Of a stretch of 64,000 nucleotides of DNA, positions 1-13,717 are shown one piece after another. A model generated the notes under the pieces. That model saw only the letters and a program-made list of their open reading frames with translations. It searched no databases and had not been told where the DNA came from. Every line of letters begins with the position of its first letter. Position 1 is the stretch's first letter. The position numbers and the translations under genes are program-made. The stretch is from Octopus vulgaris (Eukaryota), in the NCBI GenBank assembly GCA_951406725.2, contig OX597818.1:12214001-12278000 (forward strand), given 5' to 3'.

Positions 1-227
1 TTTCCCGTGGACAGGACGCCGGTCCGTCGCAGGTGAGCTGCAAGAGGAAAAAGTGAGAGAAAGTTGTGGCGAAAGAGTTAGCAGAAGTTCGCCATTACCT
101 TCTGCCGGAGCCGCGTGTAGCTTAGGTGTTTCGCTCATAAGTACACACATCGCTCGGTCTGAGATTCGAATCCGCGATCCCTCGACCGCGATTCCGCTGT
201 TCTAACCACTAGGCCATGTGCCTCCAC
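1..227 (-). mobile_element. tRNA-derived SINE (family A), 3' part runs off the window
   Basis: Reverse complement begins GTGGAGGCACATGGCCTAGTGGTTAGAACAGCGG...GATTCGAATC (A and B boxes) and is colinear with the copy at 36219-36520. Confidence 0.85.
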
Positions 228-717
228 TTTGTGAAGCATACATATTTATCAAATTTTTACCAGACAAAGGATGACGATGTCCTTACAGTTTTGGCTTGCT
301 TGCATTCGTTAGATTATGCCTTAGATTCTTTTCGGTTTTATATAGTCTTTAGCAAGTTACTCATTTTGGGATAGGTGGAGACAGGTAAAATGATAACCAG
401 GTGCGGTATAGGTACGCCATAGAGGTAGTGTAGGAAAGGAGAATGAGGGTGGTGGATAAAAGATAAAACCCTAACCCTAACCCTATAGGGCTCATAGGAA
501 GTTATTGTCAGGAGATTTTTCTTGCTTTATGCGGTAATTTGTTAATGTTTTGGATTGAGTCAAACGTGAAGGTAACTCTGTAAACGAATTTTCCAAATTC
601 AGATCACGAAATTCTTAGTATAGAAACTTGGATTTTTGCTGTGTTTCAGGCTCACAAACGAATGTGCTTAAATGAATTATTAATTGGTTGCCCGCTAACT
701 CTTTACTAGTTAAGTCA

Positions 718-812
718 ATGTATGTATGTATGTATGTATGTATGTATGTATGTATGTATGTATGTATGTATGTATGTATGTATGTATGTATGTATGTATG
801 TATGTATGTATG

Positions 813-843
<31 letters not shown>

Positions 844-984
844 TCATGTGTGGACGGATACACACACACATATATATATACGCATATATCTGTGTGTGTG
901 TATATATAAATATACATATGTATGCATACATTGATATATTCTTACACACACACATATCGATATATGTATACATATGTAATATGG

Positions 985-1071
<87 letters not shown>

Positions 1072-1072
1072 C
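718..1072. repeat. Compound microsatellite (TATG)n, (CA)n, (TA)n
   Basis: Directly visible; source of the spurious YVCM/HT ORFs. Confidence 0.98.
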
Positions 1073-1466
1073 GTATGTATAGTTATGCATATGCATGTAA
1101 ATGTCTATCTACAAAGTGCATGTATTTGTTATTCCATTTACATTCATTAAAAAAATATATACAGATATACAAATATACAGGGAATAACTTACCATAATAG
1201 ATTCTATTATCGTAATTTTTTACAATTCTGTATACAGTGATAAATTTTTCCTACAGCTAAGTATTTAACATTATATATCACGGCTTTACTGCAACTAATT
1301 GAATTAGATAGTAACTTAGTTTCAAGTGCCTATATCCAGAAAAACATTTTAAGTTTCGCATGCCAAAGTTAAGTTCAGAAATATTGATGAATATGTGTAT
1401 GTACCTATGCATATTTATATGTATGTTATCATCTATAACACTTTTCTCTTTCTATCTCTTTCTTCC

Positions 1467-1589
<123 letters not shown>

Positions 1590-2612
1590 ACACATAATCA
1601 CAGATACACAAACACACAAATTGTTACTAATCCACACAATTAGTAGTATGGAAGAAAAGAATGAAGATGGGAATGCACAAAAAATATATGAAGATTATTT
1701 TATAAGTATATAGGAGGTGGTGGGGCACAATGAAAATATTTTATACTGCATTTTTTACTATGAGAAGAAATATACTTTTTACAAATGTTTACTACCTTAC
1801 ATGAGCTATGTCAGATAAGCAAATAATCTTCTCTAAAAGCATTAACAGCATTATAACATAATCTGAAAACTATATCAGAAAATTATCACTGTTCTCTTCG
1901 AGTATGTAAAAAACAAATTTAGCTGGGGTAAAATGCGTAAGACAAAATAGAAAAACCTTACCCCTTCAGTTCTCTAGAAATACATTTGGAAACAGATTCG
2001 TACGTATCAATATTTATCCTTAGACACTAGAAAGATCAGCAATACAAGAAAAACTTAATATTGCTTGGTCAAATGAAAGAGAATCATAGAAAAATGGTAC
2101 ATGATATGACATTAACGAACTCGACTAAATATAAAAAAAGAAAAGCTCGACATTAAATAGTCTCTATAACTTCACGATCTCATGGAATGGGTTTCTTCCT
2201 GATATATTCACGCACCATGCAGTTAAAGAGAAAATTGTTTTATTGAAATTAGTCATTCTGTCTCAGTTTAGACATTATTGTTTGAAAGTTGAAAATTATC
2301 AAATTAGATATTAGTGTGGGGAAAAATGTCTTGGAATCCAACAGAGAAAAGAATATTGATTGTTAAACATCAAAAATTATCCAGATATTTGAGTTGAGGA
2401 AAAATTTCTTGAAAAAAATATACCTGTTACCAGACTGTGTTCTAAACTCTTACAAATTCAATAACAGCAACTATGCTGACCAATTTTTACTCCTGCAACA
2501 GTACAATATGAGGATGCAATACTTATAATGCAATGATTTCAAACAGGCAGGGAGAAAAATAACAAGAAATCAGAAATTATTTTACCGCGGTTACGTAATT
2601 TGCGCCCCACCC

Positions 2613-3081
2613 ATATATATCATATTATATTATATGCGGAGGTGCAATGGCCCAGTGGTTAGAACAGCGGACTCGCGGTCGTAGGATCGCGGTTTCGATT
2701 CCCATACCGGGCGTTGTGAGGCTCCAGCTGGGGGGTGGCGATCCTTGCTGTACTCTTTCGCCACAACTTTCTCCCATTCTTCTGTTGGCCTGCTCGCTTA
2801 GCCAGCGTGACCGACCAGGCTATCAGATGTTGCTACACATCGCTGGTCACAATGCGCTTCGCATTGTTTTAGTGCCACCCCGCTGGCTAAGCGAGCAGGC
2901 CAACAGAAGAATGAGAGAAAGTTGTGGCGAAAGAGTACAGCAAGGATCGCCACCCCCCCCCCCCTGCTGGAGCCTCACAACGCCCGGTATGGGAATCGAA
3001 ACCGCGATCCTACGACCGCGAGTCCGCTGTTCTAACCACTGGGCCATTGCACCTCCACATATAATATAATATAATATAATA

Positions 3082-3090
<9 letters not shown>
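2613..3090. repeat. Inverted duplication of a SINE 5' half plus its flank (arms about 2613-2807 and 2881-3090)
   Basis: Arms are near-exact reverse complements (GGAGGTGCAATGGCCCAGTGG...GCCAGCG / CGCTGGC...CCACTGGGCCATTGCACCTCC) with a 73-bp spacer. Confidence 0.92.
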
Positions 3091-3163
<73 letters not shown>

Positions 3164-3757
3164 GTCTATATATGTATATATATATACATATATACACACG
3201 CACATCTAGACACTAACCGAAAGACCGCCCACCGAGCGGTTTTCTGCTGGTCATTTGATAATATTTCCACATTCGATTCTCAATTCTAATAATTTTTATG
3301 ATATTTTAAGTCTAATTATTTATGTATTATAGTGCTCACTTGCTTATTAAATATTGCTTTCATTACTTTATCACAGTCATAATCTCTCTTTTTTAAACAA
3401 ACATCAAGGTAGTCCAGCTACGTTTAATGTGCCAAAATAATAGCAGCGATCACATAAAAATATTTTAATACCTATAGCGTATCAAATATCCATGGCAAAA
3501 AATTCACTTACTAAGTCGTTGATAACGACGGAAAGGAAATAAGTCACATGAGTTCGAAGCTTCAGTAAGTTTTAATAAGTTCTCCAATATAATTTATTTC
3601 CGGTATGTATAAACAATAAACTGAGGGCATTTACACAGCGAATTTAAGTCAACAAACTACCAGATTTACTTATCTGAAATAACGAAATAAGATGTGAAGT
3701 GAAAAAATTGCAATAAATACATATTAAGTAGCTTATTATTAATGAAAAGAATTAGAG

Positions 3758-3857
<100 letters not shown>

Positions 3858-4194
3858 AAGTGAAAGACTGTGTTGCAAATGAAAGCGAAAAATTTTGCCA
3901 GAACACATTAATATTGTTTATCAAATGTTAAAAGCTACTCTGCAGCGAACGCAAAGCCTGGCAACAAATATTTGTGATAGTAAATAATAACAGAAGCTTC
4001 GAAAGTGCCTTTTTATCGATATATATTAACAGAGGAATTTATAAAAATTTTCCAGAGAGTCAAACCAATAATATGGCTGTTATGGAGGGTGTAACTAACT
4101 AATTAACGGACATCACAAAAATGTTTATGTAAATATATAGCTGAGTCAATCTGTTATATATATTTATCATTAATAATTTGTAGAACTTACATAG

Positions 4195-4243
<49 letters not shown>

Positions 4244-4504
4244 TAGATGGATGGATGGACGGTTTGATGAACACACACACACACGAATACAAGTCTGGTG
4301 CTGTGAGAACACATGGGAATGGCGTTTCCTTACTTTTTCAAAATACCCAAATTTAAAATGATCTAATATAACGATATTATGCATCCGGCATGTATTAAAA
4401 TATGCCAAAACAATTTAATTCCGCACAAATATATGGTACTTTACATATAATTTGTGTTGATTCTATCTACTGAAACTTGCTTAAAAGCATATTTTGCTTT
4501 AAAG

Positions 4505-5220
4505 TAGTATATCCTTGTAGACACAATTGTCAGGAATCATACAGTTTCCATTTCTCTCAACCTATATTTTCACATTAGCCTTCTTTCGAACTCTAGATAA
4601 TGCAACTTACAGCTGATCATGTGAGAAGAATTGTGTCGGAAGTTACATTCCAGTTTGTTCAAAAGTTTGTCTCTGTGCCTTATTGTGCGTCAAGGCAAAA
4701 GCTGGCTCACAGGAAATTGTTTGCGTGTAAATGTGAATGGAAATTCCATTTCTTGAGAGTTTTGTGGTATTCTTGGGATTAGCAGAGTTGATCCTGCACA
4801 AATACCTGAAGCAACTTCAGCCTCAATAACATGATCGTGTAAACTGACAATGATGTAGCGTGTGCCATTTCAATGCCCTTCAGTAGCATCTAAATGCCTC
4901 AGAAGCATTATGCAGCATTTTTTCTTCAGTTTGAGAATGTGTGGTGGAAACCCTGATGGTGTAAGTTTGTTGATGAACTTGATTGGGTACAGAGTTTCAT
5001 TACCAACTGTATCTGAGCTTCTGTATATTTTTAGCTCACCAGGGATCCTGGTCAACAGAAAACCATTCGCAAATTGTGCTGCTTCATTTGTTGGGGTAAC
5101 AATGATTATATTTGCAAGCCACACAGGGTTTGCGAAGTTATTTTTGAGGTCAGCATATACAAAACCACATAGATCTGAAAGAGTACTCCTTTCAAGGCAA
5201 AGGTCATTGGGAAGTTTGAT
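4505..5220 (-). pseudogene. Helitron PIF1-like helicase C-terminal remnant
   Basis: ORF 4870-5124 reads YPIKFINKLTPSGFPPHILKLKKKCCIMLLRHL, matching the Helitron helicase motif YPxEFLNxLxPSGxPPHxLxLKxGxxIMLLRNL; a downstream DNCVYKDI segment resembles the terminal TxNxVYxEI motif. Confidence 0.85.
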
Positions 5221-5799
5221 TTTGAATTCATCTAAGCTTTGATTTTGAAGTTTGAATTCATCTAAGCTTTGTTCAACAGAAAAAGATAACTAGCAAACCC
5301 TATTTCATTAGAATGACCTTCGAATCTTTGTGGCTTTCGTCACTGTCTACAATTTTCTTCCAGTTGTTTTCAAATTTGGTATATAGATTAAGTTTTGTAT
5401 ACTAATTATGAAAATGAAATATATTTTCCCTATAAACCCACAATAAAAAAAAGTTACTAGCCTTTAAAATTTGAAAAATTTGGGTATTTTAGCCAATCAG
5501 AAGCGAATATTTTACACATCACCGTGGTGAAAAGCTCTATTTCCATAGTAACCAAAGATGCTGCGCATGTGCATTAAGAGAAGGAGATACGAGAAGGAAT
5601 CTTCTTACTATGATAGTACTTTTGTGTTTTTCTCCATCACAACATATGAATGAGAAAGGAAGGGTGATAGATGAATGAGAAAGGAAGGAGTGATAGATGA
5701 ATACGGAAAGAAGAGTGATGGCAAACTGATAGTAGGAGCGTTTCAACTCTGTGTGAGTATATGTGTGTATGTAAAAGGTAGGTATTTATATTGTTTGCT

Positions 5800-6195
5800 A
5801 TTCTTTTCTACGCTGGGCACCGAAATTTTGAGGGAGGGGGTCAATCGATTAGATCGACTTTAGTACGCAAATGGTACTTAATTCATCGACTCCGAAAGGA
5901 TGAAAGGCAAAGGACGCCTTGGCGGAATTTGAACTCAGAACGTAAAGAGAGACGAAATACCTATTTCTTTACTGCCCACAAGGGGCTAAACACAGAGGGG
6001 ACAAACAAGGACAGACAAACGGATTAAGTCGATTACATTGAGCCCCAGTGCATAACTGGTACTTAATTTATCGACCCCGAAAGGATGAACGGCAAAGTCG
6101 ACCTCGGCGGAATTTGAACTCAGAACCTAACAGCAGACGAAATACGGCTACGCATTTCGCCCGGCGTACTAACGTTTCTGCCAGCTCGCCGCCTT
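5800..6195 (-). mobile_element. Two nested or tandem tRNA-derived SINEs (family B)
   Basis: Two copies of ATCGACCCCGAAAGGATGAA.GGCAAAG..GACCTCGGCGGAATTTGAACTCAGAAC; the head AAGGCGGCGAGCTGGCAGAAACGTTAG ends at 6195. Confidence 0.85.
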
Positions 6196-7439
6196 AATAT
6201 TCTTTATTATAAAACATTAATTATTTACTATATTCTTTACTATAAAACATTAAAATCTACTCCATAGTAAATGCAATGAATATTTAGATTTATAAAGAAT
6301 TGGGCGCCGTAAATGCAATGAATATTTAAATTTGCGAGAAATAGGTGTTAAAGAATTCAATAAACTTCAGAAATGGAAATTACAGGAAATTTCTTAGAAC
6401 ATGAATTTATAAAAATATTTCCAGACGGGCAAGCTTTAAATATTTGTTTCCTTTTAGTACTTGTTACATATCTAATTAATAAGCGACTTTCTCCATTATA
6501 GAATATATATAAATACATATATATATATACTTATATATATATATATATATATACATACACACACACACACACACACACACGCGCGCGCGCGCACACACAC
6601 ACATAAACATTTGATTTTCAGAAGTGTATCTTGTGTTGAATTACTCTATCTTTTCTACCCTTTGTTCAAAATTTCGTTTGTTCTTATAGGAAGAATATGG
6701 CTCACATCGCAATCAATTAACGCAAAGGTTGATTGATTGAAGATGTTCACTTGGTAAGGTAAGTCAATTTTCGGTGAACTTTTCGCTACGTCGGTGTGTT
6801 AAGTTCTCGTGACGGCCGCACGAGAAGGTCACGTCAAAGCTTTTGTCCAATACATATGTCATATGATGGAACAATGATTATGAAAGGTAAAAATCGCGTC
6901 CGATAAATAGAGGAGATGGTGACAGAGAAAGAGAGACAAGGACAAACAGAAGTGTGTGGGTACGCAGGTGCGTGCGTGCGCACGTATGTAATGAGCTCTT
7001 TACAATCATTGTAAAAGTTGAAAATCAACTTCATAACGAAGAACATCGCCGACACACTCCAAAGAAATCATAAACATATCGAATGCTTTTTGCAAAAGAC
7101 GAATCTTTCTTTAAAAAATATTTAGTAGAGAACATATAATTTCAATAGTAATCTCAGTTTTGGTTTAAAATCGAATAAATGCCCATTAATTGATATAGTA
7201 TGTGCCTCTTGCAAAGAAGACGTGCACCGCTTAAATATTTTAGTTTGAGAAGTAAATAATTTCTAGAAGCAAATATTACAAAATAAATAATTTGTACGAA
7301 ATCACATGCTTCGGATTCATCTCTAACTCTATCATCAAAGAAAAGCAGACGGTATTATTCTTAACGAGATTACCGCCCAAGAACTTTAAAATAACTTCGG
7401 ACTTACGTATAGACATTCACTATAGTCTACTAAACTTAA

Positions 7440-7690
7440 TAATACCGTCAAAGATAACAAAACCAAATTCAAACACAAACCGTACATCAGAAAAATTAAT
7501 TCTACCAATACAGATATTTTAGTAATAAGTAAGTACCTACATGTTGGAAACAATTTCTCACTTGGAGGAGCGAACAACAACATATCAGTTATCGATTACT
7601 TTAAAGCAGTACAAAATATGACCAGAATGAAATTCTTACAATTAGACACTATAAACCTGTATATCTCTATTATTAGAAAAAGTTAATAGA
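7440..7690 (+). pseudogene. Penelope-like (Neptune-type) RT fragment
   Basis: Manual translation VKDNKTKFKHKPYIRKINSTNTDILVISK...SVIDYFKAVQNMTRMKFLQLDTINLYISI resembles the PLE motif LKDHKxNF...RLINPxKSEIGxISK...FxQFDIxxFYPSI. Confidence 0.6.
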
Positions 7691-7934
7691 AAAAGAAAAT
7701 TACTTCATATGGATGAACGAACTCTAATACAGCTTTTAATGTTAGCACAGGATAAATGTCTCACCGAAATAAGTAACCATACCGCATTGTATCTCTTACA
7801 TAACCCAAAAACCTTCTCCCTTCGCAGTTTGTACAGAGTCGAACTACTGATTTCAAAGAAAATTTCTTCAAAGACTCAAAATTAAGGATCCCTTTTGAGA
7901 TAGCCTTACCATTCATATCCGCTCATGCATGCAA

Positions 7935-8004
<70 letters not shown>

Positions 8005-8016
8005 GGCAGATATGTT

Positions 8017-8274
8017 CAGAACCGTGCAAAGGTTTTCGACCACTTTAAACTATTGTAAATTTCTACTAATTGCCAACTTATAAGTGGCTGTTTCGCATTG
8101 CGTTTTTTACAGATGAAACATTGGCTCCGTTGGAATAATTACGGATTAAGTACGGAAATGACAGGGCCAAATTTTCACCTGTAAAAAACGCAATGCGAAA
8201 CAGCCACTTATAAGTTGGCAATTAGTAGAAATTTACAATAGTTTAATGTGGTTGAAGACTTTTGCACGGTACTG
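8017..8274. mobile_element. Tc1/mariner-type MITE with about 110-bp TIRs
   Basis: CAGAACCGTGCAAAGGTTTTCGACCAC... / ...GTGGTTGAAGACTTTTGCACGGTACTG followed by TA. Confidence 0.85.
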
Positions 8275-8704
8275 TATGTGGAAAATGTATGTACAGTAAG
8301 TCAAGATAGAATTATACAGAAAAAAAAACGTATTGACACAGAGTCGTCAACTGAATACCACTACCATTTCGACAACTTTCGATAGTTACACCCTTTCCAG
8401 CATTGGCATTAAGATTGCAGCTACTGGGAGCGAATATTACATAAACAGAAGAATAGCAAGAAAACTACAAAACGAACGTGAGTGAAGAAGAAAATAATAG
8501 AACTAGACATTGATAGAATTACTAAAAATCGAAATAAAAATACTGCATATTGAAGGTCCTTAGACATAAATGAAAAATACAACAGTGTGTATAGTAAGAA
8601 GTAACACGAAAGGAAAATTTTGTCCAGGATGTGGGAGCTGGGGAGAAAGGAAAAGATCCACCCGCACTCAGCTCGAACTCATTTTCAACTGAGTAGGAGT
8701 GGGT

Positions 8705-8822
8705 AATGTGAAATGAAGTGTCTTCTTCAGGGACACAATGCATCACTTGGTCTAGGTATTGAAGTCACAACGTTACGATATCAGGAACCAAACACACTAA
8801 CCATTAGACCACGAGCCTTCAC
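8705..8822 (-). mobile_element. Degenerate SINE 5' fragment
   Basis: Reverse complement has a tRNA-like head GAAGGCTCGTGGTCTAATGGTTAG and TGTGTCCCTGAAGAAGACACTT. Confidence 0.55.
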
Positions 8823-9017
8823 TATGGTCACACAAACATGCACCCCCACGCACACACGTATGTATTTATATATGCACACAAAATACAAAAACTTAATTCC
8901 AGAAGATTGGTGTCGTTCTGTTTTTAAATCTTTTTTGTATAATTAACGATTTTTAAGACAATATTTCTTCAACTATTGTGACCGTATCAAAAATTCTTTT
9001 TAAAACTTATGTATATA

Positions 9018-9057
<40 letters not shown>

Positions 9058-9179
9058 AATTAATCTGTAGTATATAATATTTTATTTATGTTATCCATTC
9101 TTCCCGTTTGTGTCGTTTAAATAGCCATAAAGTCATATCGAATAGTATAGACATAGAAAGCAAGGAGAAAATAATCCAA

Positions 9180-10000
9180 GTTAGCCCTATATTCTATAAA
9201 CCATCTCCTCTATATAGATTGCTTAAAAATATTCACCAGACATGATCCCCTGCTGAAAAACCTAGAGAAACTTATTGATAACTACAACCAAGACGTGCCA
9301 AATCTACAAAAAGAAGAGGTAAATTAAGTGAAGTCGAAGAAATGAAATTAGTTACAGACACCAAAATCAGAATAGTAAAACCATACAAATACCTAGCAGA
9401 TGAAATTACTCAGATAGAACACAGTAATTAAGGAGAAAATTAGAGAAGGCTTCTGAAGAATAAGACGAATATTAAAAACTGATATCAGTGAAAGAAATAA
9501 GATAATAAGTGTAAATACATTAGTCATTCCAATTATAAACTACACTTTTAACAAAATAATTTGGAAGTTACGTAAATGAATTGAAGAGCTGAGACAGAAA
9601 ATAAATCAGAAACTACCATCAGCCTTCTGAAGCAGCCAACCCGGAGCAGATATAAATTCCCCACTCACTCAGGCAAGGGCGGAGATCAGTTACAAAAGAA
9701 AGCTGTCATTCCCCACCCTTATAACAACAGAGCAGTAGAAAAAATTTTTGAAGCTCGCAAAAGGAAACTAATTAGTGTAATATGGAAATATGAAAGAACA
9801 AAGACTCAAGCAAGGAATTTTCTTTGTAAAAATGACAAAAATGTAGTTGTTGCAAACCGAAGAGAAAAGATTTTAAATAGATTACATAAAACAAAAGACA
9901 AAAATTAAGACCGAATTTCAAAATGTACTAAAGAGAAAATGATCAGCCAGCCCTTTCATTGAAAAAAACTTGACAGGAAAGAAGTAAGCCAAAGAAAAGA
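9180..10000 (+). pseudogene. R4/Dong-type LINE RT remnant
   Basis: Manual translation gives INHLLYIDCLKIF (HLLYMDDLKLY), YKYL, and RRILKTDISERNKIISVNTLVIPIINYTF..IIW. Confidence 0.7.
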
Positions 10001-10920
10001 TCAATGATAACTTCGATCTCTATATATATTGAAACACAATCGAGTGTTTAGCTTGACATTTTGACGTGAAAATAGATAAGAAAAGGTATCCACATATAAA
10101 CGCCCATTTTCAGCTTGGTTGTGCAGACTGACAACAAGAACAAGGTAAATAATTGGGATATAATTTATTAAGGATTGAAAAGACATCCCATCCCTAACAT
10201 CTCTGATGAAATTTATCGAAAGATAGTCAAAATATTGTCAAAATACAAGGATCTTAAAATTGAAAAAAGCTAGTTGAAAAACAAAGAAGTTAAAAGAGAA
10301 CCAACAATTTTAGGTGGACTTGGTATGAGGAACATGTGCATGAAATCATAATTGATTTACAAAGTTAGAGCCAGTTTAAAAGATAATCCTGCTAGACACA
10401 GCCAATTTCGTAAGCAAGACACTTTCAATTCAATAATATTACATCTGCATGCATTCTATACAATCTATACAATCAGTACCCAATGAACTATCACAACTCA
10501 AACAACAAATACTGTATAGAATCACCCTGAAACTGTATAACATAGAACATACTTTACACAATCGCTACTCAATGAAGTAACACAATACATAGTCTTACGC
10601 AATCAACATTCGAAACGCTAGCAACTCACACAAATAACATTTGTGGCTTATTTACCTAACAGAACCCACGATGCACGTAAGAAACAAATACCGTTCCAAA
10701 AAATTATTCACATTGCAGAGACTTTACAGTCATAACACAAAGTTAACACCGGGAGCAACAAAAGAAATTACACAACAAACCAAGACTGATTTGGTTTACG
10801 AATGTAATTCTACATTCCCAAAAGATAATGAATATACACACTCCATGAATATGAAGGTGCAACTCGTAAGGCAGTAGAAACTTGCATACAACAAGTAAAA
10901 AACCATGACAATGATAATAT

Positions 10921-11075
10921 TAATCCTTTCTACTATTGTCACAGGGCCTGAAATTTTTGGGGAGGGTGTAAGTCGATTATATCGAGCCCAGTGCTCAGCT
11001 AGTACTTATTTTATCGTCTCTGAAAAATGAAAGGCAAAGCAAACTTAAGCGGGATATGAATTCAGAGCGCAATGA
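10921..11075 (-). mobile_element. SINE family B fragment
   Basis: AAGTCGATTATATCGAGCCCAGTG...TACTTATTTTATCG...ATGAAAGGCAAAG, as in 5800-6195. Confidence 0.7.
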
Positions 11076-11399
11076 TCCGGGGCTGGCGCTGTGGTTGTTG
11101 GTGCAGATTTGTCTGTATTTAGTGTGGGTGTGGATTTATTGAAGTTGTGACTGTGGTTAATGCAGAGCGAGTGTAACATTTACATTTGTATTGTCTTTTT
11201 TTCTTATTTACTTGATTGTCCCATTTCCTGCAAGATAAGATTTCCTTGTAGGAAAGATAAAATGTGGGCGGAAGTATGTTTATACTCGTGTGTGTGTGTG
11301 TGTGTGTGTATGTATGTGTGTGTGTGTGTGTGTGAGTGGTTGTGTATGCGTTTGTGTTTGAAATAGGTGGAGGAGAGAGAGCTAGGTTGGAGATATTCC

Positions 11400-12500
11400 T
11401 GGTTGGCGAGTTTTGGTTCTGTACTCTGCTCTTATTGTTGGAACTGTGGAGTCGGCAGTAGTGGGGTTTTCTTTCCCCTGTTTTAAGCTGAGGAGAGAAA
11501 GCTCTCAAGTGACCTTCCGCACCACTCAAGTGGCATCTTGGCCTTCTGCTTTCAAAAACAACACGCAACTTCACTCTACTGGGCAGCTGGATACAGCTAG
11601 GTCTCGTTTCTGCATTTTCCAGATTGATCTTGAGGAGGAACTTCTATGCTCAAACTAAAACTTCATTTTGTCTTAAATTTTTTACAAAAATCCTATAATT
11701 TTGTATTCTTTGCATTTAGATTTCCGTTTAGCACGTTGTCTGGAGAGCTCTCGCGTATTTCATACACGTGTTCCACCAAATTGTTTCTTGGCCTTTAGAA
11801 GGGCTGTAGAATTCATTTCATTCGGAGAGGAGCTGGCTTCCTTCAAACTGGGTAGACTCCTCTTGACAGAAATACTCCTTATCACTAGAGAGACAGAGGT
11901 ACTATTGATGGTGTGAGATAGTTCTTCCTAGTAGTCTGTGACCCACTCATTTTGTTGCTGTGTGCAACTCTTTTATTATCTCCATTTTTGTTCTTTAATA
12001 TAATTATCGGTTGTAGTTGAGAGTGGAAATTCTTGGGTTTCATGGTGGACATCTGGAAATGAGGACAAGGTAAATTTTCCGATGAATTGCTATGCCCAGT
12101 GCTTCCTTATTCCGCAGTACTGTCTGAGAACCAACAAACTCTATGGTTTGTTGTTGTTTTCTCTTTTCAAGCATTCCGAGCAAAACCCTTTCAATGACTT
12201 TTACTGCTGCAGAGAGAAAAAGGTTGCTTTGTCCCTTGGATCATAAGGAATTGAATGTCCATGGCAATGCCACTCTACCTTACATCACTGGTGGTTACAT
12301 AGATACCGGCCTAAATGCCATAAAAGTGACTAGGAATCAGGATTCGACGTCGTGACAGATGTTCTTGAGGGTGGCCCAGTGTTTTATCGCTCCAAATATT
12401 GCGTGACTAGTATTTCAGCACGTATCTTGTACCATTCGGTCTTATGCTTTCGCTCAGTTCTTTGTTTTAACACATATGGTGCACACCTCTAAATAAAAGA
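11400..12500 (-). pseudogene. Possible LINE ORF1/gag-like remnant with degenerate zinc knuckles
   Basis: RCHLSGAEGHLRAFSP fits CX2CX4HX4C with two Cys-to-Ser changes; a second knuckle-like FSLCSSKSH occurs near 12200. Confidence 0.4.
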
Positions 12501-12810
12501 TCTTCTCAACAGAGCTGTAAAAGCTGTCTCCTATTATTTCTTGGATTGATCATGAAACGCTCCAGTGGCCGTAGCAAGGTACTGATACATTATGCTTCTC
12601 CTCTCATGCTTCTGAATGACAGATTCCGACAAGCTGGTATTCGTCTTGTGGTTGAAATGTTTCCACGCGTTTGTCGTTCCCGTGAAATAGTTCATGCCAA
12701 GGAAAGTACATTTGTGAACAGTGGATTTGCTTTACATACGCAGTACATTTATCTGACCAAGTACATGCATGTATACAGTTCTATATTTAAGAGATGAGAA
12801 ATTATGTACG

Positions 12811-13119
12811 TACATTATTTACATTTGACGGATATTTGTCAACATCTTGTTAACACAAACTCTTAACCACTACACCATATGCCCAAGGGGTGTATGGCAT
12901 AGAGTGCGGGCTACTAACACCAAGATTCCGAGTTCGATTCCAGTCAGTGACCTGAAAAAAAAATAATAATGATAACATCGAAAAATACCTTAGGAATGTG
13001 AACCCAGGTTCGAAATTTCCCCAAGGCACCTGATGAAGGCTGGGAGAGTATATCAGCCGAAACGTTGTGTTAACAATGAACAAGATGAGGACAAATATCC
13101 GTCAAATGTAAATAATGTA
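12811..13119 (+). mobile_element. Fold-back element with tRNA-like head and hammerhead ribozyme
   Basis: Terminal inverted arms TACATTATTTACATTTGACGGATATTTGTC / GACAAATATCCGTCAAATGTAAATAATGTA; B box GAGTTCGATTCC at 12930-12941; A-box half inverted at 12859-12884; hammerhead at 13025-13071. Confidence 0.75.
13025..13071 (+). ncRNA. Minimal type I hammerhead ribozyme motif
   Basis: GGCAC CUGAUGA A GGCUG-loop-CAGCC GAAAC GUU GUGUU; helix III is the palindrome AACGUU with no loop, so it could only form as a dimer. Confidence 0.7.
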
Positions 13120-13717
13120 TGCTGTTGTTGCTGTCATTAAATGGGATGTCAGTAATATTGCCTTTTATTTTTATCAAATGAATTGTTTTTCCTTAATGTT
13201 TTATATTTTGTATTTGTGTGTTCATTACTAACGTATTAGATTTTTAAAATTCTGCTTATGAGCTGATTTACTGTGTTTGATATACTTTCAAAGTATGATA
13301 TTTGTAAATCGCGATGCCATGTTTGAACAGGAACGTTTTACAGTCTGAAAAAGAAAATAGAATTATTTAATAATCAACATTTCTGTTAAACTTACAAATA
13401 TCGAGATAATCGAACTTGTAACAATTGAACTTCAACCTCACATACAACTCCCCATAAATTACACATGTAGCACATATCTATATATTTATATATTTATAGT
13501 TATGTATTTATATATTTATATATTTATATCTATGTACACACATGTACATATCTATATATTTATATATACATATATGTATATTGGTGTATATATAAAAAAG
13601 TGGTAGTAAAGTCGAACAGCCACAATGAAATGGCAATAAACATTACTTCTCAGTATAGTTACTGCTTTCATCTCTTATAGAGATTTTCTAACTAGCTAAT
13701 TTGCTTGTTTTATATAT

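Noticed and set aside
468-484. (CCCTAA)n telomere-like motif
   Set aside because: Only about 2.5 units; too short to call an interstitial telomere.
1740-2540. Possible decayed PLE RT (SLY and YQI..G motif-like pieces)
   Set aside because: Too degenerate to support by eye.
3512-3673. Minus-strand exon-like segment (TTTCAG acceptor, GTAAGT donor)
   Set aside because: Stops in all three frames and no independent support; could only be non-coding.
6690-6757. Plus-strand exon-like segment with GTAAG donors
   Set aside because: Isolated, with no recognisable peptide; such signals are frequent by chance in AT-rich DNA.
10200-10235. CTGATGA...GAAA hammerhead-like string
   Set aside because: Stems I and III do not pair.
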